Assembly (NCBI GenBank): GCA_964464735.1
Contig: CAYXKF010000004.1
Location: 3,929-67,928, forward strand
Length of the DNA: 64,000 bases
Source of the DNA: an uncultured Candidatus Saccharibacteria bacterium
GTDB lineage: Bacteria; Patescibacteriota; Minisyncoccia; Phycocordibacterales; UBA1006
Reading direction: 5' to 3'
Shown here one piece after another: positions 57,808-64,000 of the stretch. The position numbers and the translations under genes were made by a program. The notes below the pieces were generated by a model. The model worked only from the letters and a program-made list of their open reading frames with translations, did not search any database and had not been told where the DNA came from. Each line of letters starts with the position of its first letter. Position 1 is the first letter of the stretch.

Positions 57808-57918
57808 GACGCGAGTTAAATCTAATAAGGACCTTTCCTTTAATGATGACGAATGAAAAAGAACCTGGTTACAGGCAATATCATTACGATACAGTATTTA
57901 AAATGGGCAAGTTTTGCA

Positions 57919-58965
57919 TTAAAGCGACAAATTTGGCGAACGTTCGACAGTATTGGGATCGGCAAAATTCCCCGCCACTGCCTGATAATGCGCCGCAACC
58001 CCGATCATGCCAGCATTATCACCATATAATTTTTTACTTGTCGGATAATGAATGCGATATGTCTTTCCAAACTGTGCACGAAACTGTTTGCGAAGGGTCT
58101 GGTTTGCCGATACCCCGCCGGCAACAATAAGATCTTTTATTTCATAACGAGCCGAGACTGCCTTGAATGCACGCTCGGTTTTAATAAGCAGTTCGTCAAT
58201 AGCTGCTTTTTGAAACGACGCCGCGACATCGCAAATAATTTGCGTTTTTTCTTTTTTGTCGAGCTTTTCTACAAATAATTTTTTCGTTAAATACAGCACC
58301 GCGGTCTTAAGGCCCGAATAACTCATATCAAGCGTGGGGTTTTTTATCATCGGAATCGGAAGCGGATATGCCGTGTCATTACCCTTTTTCGCCAACTCTT
58401 CGACAATCGGTCCGCCCGGGTAACCTAGCTCAAGCATTCGGGCAACTTTGTCGTACGCTTCGCCAATTGCATCGTCAATCGTTTTTCCTAAAATTTCGTA
58501 TGACCCGTGGTCTTTCATTAAAACAATTTCGGTGTGTCCGCCCGAAACCAATAGTGCGATTAAAGGAAATGAATAGGTAATTTCTGGATTGCCTTTTGCA
58601 TTTTTTGCCAGTGCCGAATATATATGCCCTTCCATGTGATTCACCCCAATAAGCGGTTTGTCATACAATACTGCGTATTCTTTGGCCTTATTAATGCCAA
58701 CACCCAAGGCAATCGCAAGTCCGGGGCCATAAGTAACCGCAAAGGCATCAATCTTATCAATCGAAACTTTTGCGCGTTTTAATGCCTCGGCAATCACCAT
58801 ATCAATCGCTTCTTCATGCATCCGGCGTGCAATGCCCGGCACGACACCTCCCCATTGTTTATGAAATTCAATCTGCGAAGAAATAGCATTCGAAAGAACC
58901 CGATCGTTTTCGGTTATCGCTACCGAAGTCTCATCGCATGATGTATCAATTGCAAGAATTTTCAT
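57919..58965 (-). CDS. tsaD: tRNA N6-adenosine threonylcarbamoyltransferase TsaD (Kae1/Gcp)
   Basis: MKILAIDTSCDETSVAI and GVNHMEGHIYSA motifs. Confidence 0.9.
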   Translation of the reverse strand: MKILAIDTSCDETSVAITENDRVLSNAISSQIEFHKQWGGVVPGIARRMHEEAIDMVIAEALKRAKVSIDKIDAFAVTYGPGLAIALGVGINKAKEYAVLYDKPLIGVNHMEGHIYSALAKNAKGNPEITYSFPLIALLVSGGHTEIVLMKDHGSYEILGKTIDDAIGEAYDKVARMLELGYPGGPIVEELAKKGNDTAYPLPIPMIKNPTLDMSYSGLKTAVLYLTKKLFVEKLDKKEKTQIICDVAASFQKAAIDELLIKTERAFKAVSARYEIKDLIVAGGVSANQTLRKQFRAQFGKTYRIHYPTSKKLYGDNAGMIGVAAHYQAVAGNFADPNTVERSPNLSL

Positions 58966-58968
58966 ACC

Positions 58969-60072
58969 CTATTTATAGTCGCTTACAGTAATAGTGCGCG
59001 ATGTCTCGCTGGTTCCGTGTTCAATTTTTATCCAGACAATCACTGCATCTTCGGACACGCGCTTAAAAAGTTCGGTCACCTTGTCGGCCCATTCGATCGA
59101 AAATATGTTTCCTGCGGCAACTTGATTTATAAAGCCAAGCTCTTCAAGTTCTAACGGTTCAAACAAACGCCATGTGTCAATATGGTACAAAAATGGTTTT
59201 TTGTTTGATAAGTGCGAATCATCAGGCACCGCAACTGAATACTCTTTTTCAATAATAAATGTTGGTGATTGGATTGGGTCAGTAATTCCTAGCGCCTCGG
59301 CGACGCCTTTCGTAAACTCAGTTTTTCCCGCACCCAGTTCTCCTTGCAACGCAAAAATAACCGACTTGTACCCTAAGTAGTGCTGATATTTTTTAATAAG
59401 TTCTTCGCCCAATTGTTGCGTTTCTTCGGGCGAATGAGTTTGTTTTGTAAATAGTGGAACCAGGTGGATATCACCTTGGCGCAACACCACTTTTTGATCA
59501 AGCGTCGTATCAACGACCGTAGATGGTTCATTTTTTGGAAGCTCGCCTGCATCAATAATAAGGTCAATCAGGTTTTTTTGCTTGTCCGAGATTGCATTTA
59601 AAATATCATCAATCGAATACGGCCGCTTTTTATACGACGCATTTGCCGATGTTGCGGTGATTGGTTTTCCAAGCGCACGTACAATATCGGTAACCAATGA
59701 ATAATCTGGAATGCGCACGCCTAAAGTTCCGGTTTCAGATTGCACGCCACGGGCAACCTTGCCTAATCCTTTTGATACAATCGTAAGCGGGCCAGGCAAA
59801 AAGTTTTCATACAAGTTGAGTGCCGTTTTGTTTACTTCAACGTAGGTTCGAGCCATATCAATCGAATTAACTGCAATCGAAAGCGGCTTTCCTTCGCGAC
59901 GCGCTTTGTATTGAAGCAACTTATCCACCGCCGCCTGATTTGTAGCATCTGCGCCAATTCCATAGACAGTTTCGGTCGGAAACACCACTAAGCCGCCTTG
60001 CTGCAGCGTTAAAACCGCTTGTGCAATAAGCGCTTCGCGGGAAGTGTTTTTTACATCCAGGAGTTCGGGCAT
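58969..60072 (-). CDS. Fusion protein: YrdC/Sua5-like threonylcarbamoyl-AMP synthase (TsaC) N-domain plus TsaE (YjeE) P-loop ATPase C-domain
   Basis: N-terminal VVFPTETVYGIGADA (YrdC); C-terminal LQGELGAGKTEFTKGVAEALG...SPTF (TsaE). Confidence 0.7.
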   Translation of the reverse strand: MPELLDVKNTSREALIAQAVLTLQQGGLVVFPTETVYGIGADATNQAAVDKLLQYKARREGKPLSIAVNSIDMARTYVEVNKTALNLYENFLPGPLTIVSKGLGKVARGVQSETGTLGVRIPDYSLVTDIVRALGKPITATSANASYKKRPYSIDDILNAISDKQKNLIDLIIDAGELPKNEPSTVVDTTLDQKVVLRQGDIHLVPLFTKQTHSPEETQQLGEELIKKYQHYLGYKSVIFALQGELGAGKTEFTKGVAEALGITDPIQSPTFIIEKEYSVAVPDDSHLSNKKPFLYHIDTWRLFEPLELEELGFINQVAAGNIFSIEWADKVTELFKRVSEDAVIVWIKIEHGTSETSRTITVSDYK

Positions 60073-60120
60073 ATCGGTGCCATTGTGCAGTACGATAAGA
60101 AATTTGTAAAGAAAGCACCT

Positions 60121-60651
60121 TTAATACTTACGCGCATCATAAGCCCAATGCAACAATGCTTGATGTTGCCGTGGGCGGCAAAAAATATCACCGCGTTTGC
60201 AGTTGTGTACGATTTGTGCAATGTGCCGTCGCATCTTAAACCAGCGTTTGATTTGACGATCGTCTTCTTTAGGGATCCGCCGCCCCAAGTAATACCGGCA
60301 GTACCACTGAAACCATCCGCGAGGGTCATCCTTATAAATCCACCCATTTTTTTGCCAAACCGATAATGGCTGACTTGCCGCGACTTTATAATAATTAAGC
60401 TTTGGATCGGCTTTAAGCGCATCTTTTGCAACAAGCTTTGCACCCGCAAACCAATCTTTGGGAAATTCTTTTGGCCGATCATGAAAATAAATTCCACCAA
60501 ACACGCCAATCGCAAGCATCTGCTTTGGCGTCAGGTCGGGGCGAAACAAAGGATCAAAATTCTTTCCAACAGGTTCGGTTAATTGATAGGTATACCCTTT
60601 TTGAAACTTATCATTCACTGTTATTGTTTTTTTACGAAATGATTTTGGCAT
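60121..60651 (-). CDS. Hypothetical basic, Trp-rich protein
   Basis: ORF only; probable start MPKSFRKK. Confidence 0.4.
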   Translation of the reverse strand: MPKSFRKKTITVNDKFQKGYTYQLTEPVGKNFDPLFRPDLTPKQMLAIGVFGGIYFHDRPKEFPKDWFAGAKLVAKDALKADPKLNYYKVAASQPLSVWQKNGWIYKDDPRGWFQWYCRYYLGRRIPKEDDRQIKRWFKMRRHIAQIVHNCKRGDIFCRPRQHQALLHWAYDARKY

Positions 60652-60658
60652 ATATATG

Positions 60659-60743
60659 CGGAGGCGGCGAGATTCGAACTCGCGAAGGCTTTCACCTTGC
60701 CACCTTTCCAAGGTGGTGCACTAGACCGCTATGCGACGCCTCC
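60659..60743 (-). tRNA. tRNA-Ser (anticodon GGA), no encoded CCA
   Basis: GGAGGCG acceptor, CCACC-TTGGAAA-GGTGG anticodon arm, long variable arm, GTTCGAATC T-loop. Confidence 0.85.
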
Positions 60744-60788
60744 AGTACTTCGCCAGAGACTAACGCATAATTGACCACGATTCAAGCA

Positions 60789-61208
60789 TTACGAGCGTAT
60801 CTTAAGCACTTGGTCCACTTTAATATTTCCCGCTATTTCCATAAGTTTTACCGCTTCGGAGATTTCATTTTTTTGTAATCCCGCCTTTTTTGCAATATCT
60901 TCGTACAGATAATTACCATCTTCACTTAAGGGAACATATTTCATCAGGCTTATCAGCATCTTCTTCATAATCACATAATCGCCCTCGTTGATTTTACGCT
61001 GTGCCTGCACAACATCCAATTGATTCTCTTTTAACACCTGCGCATAAGAATCAGGATATTGTTCGCGCAGATAGCTTACGAGGTATGGCACACATGGCCT
61101 TGCAAATACTTCGTCGACCGCCACATTGGTTTCTGCCTTAATTGCTTCCTGCACATACCGCATTTTCTTTTTTAACGCATCAGGAATAAGATTACCAATA
61201 TTGTCCAT
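60789..61208 (-). CDS. Hypothetical protein (139 aa)
   Basis: ORF only. Confidence 0.4.
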   Translation of the reverse strand: MDNIGNLIPDALKKKMRYVQEAIKAETNVAVDEVFARPCVPYLVSYLREQYPDSYAQVLKENQLDVVQAQRKINEGDYVIMKKMLISLMKYVPLSEDGNYLYEDIAKKAGLQKNEISEAVKLMEIAGNIKVDQVLKIRS

Positions 61209-61212
61209 AGAG

Positions 61213-62160
61213 TTATATTGATTGATTTAATAATATTTTGATCCGCGCCTCGACAGGCGGATGGGTTGAAAATAAATTACGCAAACCGTTAGCCGCTTTG
61301 GATCCAAACGGGTTTGCAATAAATAAGTGTGCAGTCGCATTGCTTGCCTTATGCATTGGACGCGCATAGGCTGATATTTTTTTCAGCGCATTTGCCAATC
61401 CCTCGGGATAGCGGGTCAACAGAGCCCCTGATGCATCAGCTAAAAATTCACGCTTTCGAGAAACCGCCAGTTGAATAAGGGTTGCAAAAATCGGTGCCAA
61501 AATAGCCAGTACCAGACCGACTATCATTAATATACCACCCGCCTTGCTGTCATCGTCGCGATGACCCATACCAAACAATTGCGAACGTAAGAAAAAGTCG
61601 GCAACAATGGTTACAAAACCTGCTAGCACCACGGCAACCGTCGAAACTAAAATGTCTCGGTTTCCAATGTGCGACAATTCGTGCGCGATCACGCCTTCCA
61701 GTTCGTTTTTTTCTAGCACTTGCAAAAGGCCGGTCGTAACTGCCACTGCCGAATGCTTTGGATTACGCCCCGTTGCAAACGCGTTAGGCGCAACGTCATC
61801 AATAATGTAGACGCGCGGCTTAGGCAAGCCGGCAGTGATCGAAAGGTTTTCGACAATGCGGTGCAACTCGGCATATTGGCTTTCATTGGCAGGCTTTGCA
61901 CCCGAAACTGATAACGCAATAGTGTCCGACTTCCAATAAGCAAAAATATTCATTAAAACACTAAAGATAAAAAGCCCATACAAGATATTTGGGTTTCCGT
62001 AAATCCGTGAAAACAAAAACCCGATAGCAATAATGATGCCGCAAAATACTGCCATAAGCAGCCACGTTTTTGCAATATTTGAAGATTGATGAGTGTACAA
62101 TGTCGCCATACGCCCCGAGTATAACACAAAAACCGCGTGCTGCGGTTTTGTGTTTAACAA
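61213..62160 (-). CDS. htpX: M48-family zinc metalloprotease HtpX-like
   Basis: HELSHIGNRD (HExxH); two N-terminal TM helices. Confidence 0.85.
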   Translation of the reverse strand: MLNTKPQHAVFVLYSGRMATLYTHQSSNIAKTWLLMAVFCGIIIAIGFLFSRIYGNPNILYGLFIFSVLMNIFAYWKSDTIALSVSGAKPANESQYAELHRIVENLSITAGLPKPRVYIIDDVAPNAFATGRNPKHSAVAVTTGLLQVLEKNELEGVIAHELSHIGNRDILVSTVAVVLAGFVTIVADFFLRSQLFGMGHRDDDSKAGGILMIVGLVLAILAPIFATLIQLAVSRKREFLADASGALLTRYPEGLANALKKISAYARPMHKASNATAHLFIANPFGSKAANGLRNLFSTHPPVEARIKILLNQSI

Positions 62161-62168
62161 CTTAGTAT

Positions 62169-62330
62169 TTATCGAGGCACCGTACCGATAGTATCTTCTG
62201 GAACCGGATCCTCGTAGCTTTCGTTGGTCAATTCGGGCGATTTGACGGGGCTGTCTTTTTTGATTGCAACAATGCCGACAACTACAATCACGGCCAGTAT
62301 GATGATTATTATGATCCCGCGGGTAGTCAT
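62169..62330 (-). CDS. Small (53 aa) single-TM protein between lemA and htpX, absent from the ORF track
   Basis: MTTRGIIIIILAVIVVVGIVAIKKDSPVKSPELTNESYEDPVPEDTIGTVPR, read on the minus strand; it starts right after the lemA stop. Confidence 0.4.
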   Translation of the reverse strand: MTTRGIIIIIILAVIVVVGIVAIKKDSPVKSPELTNESYEDPVPEDTIGTVPR

Positions 62331-62331
62331 A

Positions 62332-62883
62332 TTAGAATTTTACCTCGACTGGGTTTTGCGCAGCATGGTCATCAGGCAAATCAAACAGTTCCATCTTAGA
62401 GAACTTAAACATGCCACCGATTACATTTCCAGGAAACATCTCAAGCGCAGTGTTAAAGTCACGCACGTTGCTATTGTAAAAGCGGCGTGCTGATTGAATT
62501 TTATTTTCGGTATCCGATAATTCGCGCTGCAATTCCAAAAAATTTACGTTTGCCTTAAGGTCTGGATACGCTTCAGAAATGGCAAACAACGATTTAAGGG
62601 CGCCGGTAAGCATATTTTCGGCTTCCCCTTTTTGTTCAGGAGTAGTCGCCTGCATTGCCTGGGCGCGTGCTTGAGTTACTTTTTCAAAGGCGGTTGATTC
62701 GTGGGTTGCGTATCCCTTAACGGTATTAACCAAGTTAGGAATTAAATCGAAGCGGCGTTTTAACTGCACTTCAATATCAGCCCACGCTTCTTGTGCGCGG
62801 TTTTTATGTCGTATAAAGTTGTTGTAAGTAAGGACGACCCACAAAATAAGTAAGGCCGGAATAAGTAAGAAAAGCCACGTCAT
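62332..62883 (-). CDS. lemA: LemA-family protein
   Basis: N-terminal TM plus LemA coiled-coil domain (LVNTVKGYATHE...). Confidence 0.75.
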   Translation of the reverse strand: MTWLFLLIPALLILWVVLTYNNFIRHKNRAQEAWADIEVQLKRRFDLIPNLVNTVKGYATHESTAFEKVTQARAQAMQATTPEQKGEAENMLTGALKSLFAISEAYPDLKANVNFLELQRELSDTENKIQSARRFYNSNVRDFNTALEMFPGNVIGGMFKFSKMELFDLPDDHAAQNPVEVKF

Positions 62884-62955
62884 AATGTATTTGGATTATT
62901 GGTAAATCTTGCAAAGTAAGTATAGCACATTGGCGCAAGATCCCATGATTACGTA

Positions 62956-63453
62956 TTAATTTTGCTTATAAGTCAAAAGCGTAAATACCCGAATGGTTTC
63001 GATGTTGTTTCCCACAGCGCAGGTAACACGGTCGCTATTTGCTTCGGGTTCGGTACAAATTGGCGTACCAGGCAAGTTATCAACAAGTGATGCCTTAATT
63101 TTATACGCAATGTAATCGTTTTCACCCTTAGGGTTCGGTGGTACCAAAACGGTAATCTTTACAACATCGTTCGTGCGCTCTTCCAGGCTCCAACCTTTAG
63201 GAAGTGGAATTCCGTCTTTCAGTGCCCATGTTTTAACTTCGGCCTTTACCGTTTCAGGATCAAGTTTTTCGCGCGCAACATCAATACCTTCACCCGCTTC
63301 TTTTAATATCCCATCAAGCCAGTCCGAATGCCCGACTTTGTCGATGGCAATTTGTACATCTTTTTCGCTTGGCAGTTTTAAATCGCCATGCCATAGCATC
63401 AGGCCTACGGTTGCAATAGCAACTAAAACAATTGCTCCAATGATCTGCATCAT
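62956..63453 (-). CDS. Hypothetical membrane-anchored protein
   Basis: N-terminal TM (MMQIIGAIVLVAIATVGLMLW). Confidence 0.4.
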   Translation of the reverse strand: MMQIIGAIVLVAIATVGLMLWHGDLKLPSEKDVQIAIDKVGHSDWLDGILKEAGEGIDVAREKLDPETVKAEVKTWALKDGIPLPKGWSLEERTNDVVKITVLVPPNPKGENDYIAYKIKASLVDNLPGTPICTEPEANSDRVTCAVGNNIETIRVFTLLTYKQN

Positions 63454-63457
63454 AGGG

Positions 63458-64000
63458 TTATACAAGCGAACGCTCGTGCATAATCTTAACGATCCAAAAA
63501 CCAATCACAACGCCGACAATTGGCGCAACGATATACAAAACATTTACCGAATGAATACCCAACGCAACGGCCGGATTAAGCACCCCGTTTGATCCGATCA
63601 TTGAAGCAATAGCGATTCCTAAAAATAATGACAATCCAGCAACAAGCCCATCAAACATAGTATGGACGCGTTCGTACACGATCGAGGCAATACCAAAACC
63701 AAAAAATAGTGCGCCAAGCATTTCAGCAAAAAAGACCGCCGACGTCATATCCACCGCAATAACCGGAACTGCATGCGTGCCATACTGGACAACAACCAAC
63801 GCAAGCAATGCGCCGGCAACTTGTGCGATAATATATCCAATCGCATCAATGAATGAAATTTTCCGAACTGACAAAAACCCCAATGTGATCGCCGGATTAA
63901 TATGCGCACCCGTCGTGCTACCAATAGTGTAAGCAGCAAACATAAGCACCAAACCTGCCAAAATAGCAGTTGGCACGACAAAAATATGAGTAAGAGAGAG
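63458..64000 (-). CDS. MIP-family channel (aquaporin/glycerol facilitator), 5' end beyond the window
   Basis: Two NPA boxes (HINPAITLG, VLNPAVALG); the ORF runs off the window edge. Confidence 0.75.
   Translation of the reverse strand, partial: LSLTHIFVVPTAILAGLVLMFAAYTIGSTTGAHINPAITLGFLSVRKISFIDAIGYIIAQVAGALLALVVVQYGTHAVPVIAVDMTSAVFFAEMLGALFFGFGIASIVYERVHTMFDGLVAGLSLFLGIAIASMIGSNGVLNPAVALGIHSVNVLYIVAPIVGVVIGFWIVKIMHERSLV

Noticed and set aside
60051-60515. 154-aa ORF overlapping the 60121-60711 gene in another frame
   Set aside because: It overlaps the longer ORF and the tRNA-Ser(GGA) upstream region, and has no features.
1-64000. Mobile elements, integrases, toxin-antitoxin pairs, restriction-modification or CRISPR-Cas genes
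   Set aside because: No transposase or integrase motifs, CRISPR repeats or methyltransferase/endonuclease signatures were recognised. The PaaX-like protein has a Cas2-like fold, but it is a single-domain regulator with no cas1 or repeat array nearby.

Overview
The window is a 64-kb chromosomal segment from a compact bacterial genome. It is dense with housekeeping genes, which fits a small-genome, possibly CPR/Patescibacteria-like organism. The most unusual feature is a tandem array of seven translationally coupled paralogous genes (33233-45247, minus strand). Each encodes a ~565-590 aa cysteine-rich (~9-10% Cys) protein with zinc-ribbon-like CxxC pairs at both termini and an internally duplicated Cys-rich module ending in an N-x-Q-Y-T-K-E-E-Y motif. 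An eighth paralog sits 31 kb away at 35-1813. There is no signal peptide and no recognisable family; I regard it as a candidate undescribed system. Recognisable genes, mostly on the minus strand, include rplU, corA-like, cysS, and a zupT/zur divergent pair with a perfect 17-bp palindromic operator candidate. Also present are the grpE-(unknown)-dnaK-dnaJ cluster, the rplM-rpsI and infA-rpmJ-rpsM-rpsK-rpsD-rpoA-rplQ ribosomal clusters, a compact alaS, mgtC, mnmA, mltG, uvrA, pth, ribokinase, PBP2, gdh, secA, a TsaC-TsaE fusion next to tsaD, htpX/lemA, an ABC transporter, an aquaporin and two tRNA-Ser. Other notable observations are an in-frame TAA inside rpsI at a conserved Tyr position and a ~90-nt structured intergenic element present twice with compensatory stem changes. 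Several further hairpin-rich intergenic regions and an AT-rich unknown ORF inserted in the chaperone operon are also noted. TGA, TAA and TAG all terminate genes, so the genetic code is standard. No CRISPR arrays, transposases or integrases were seen.
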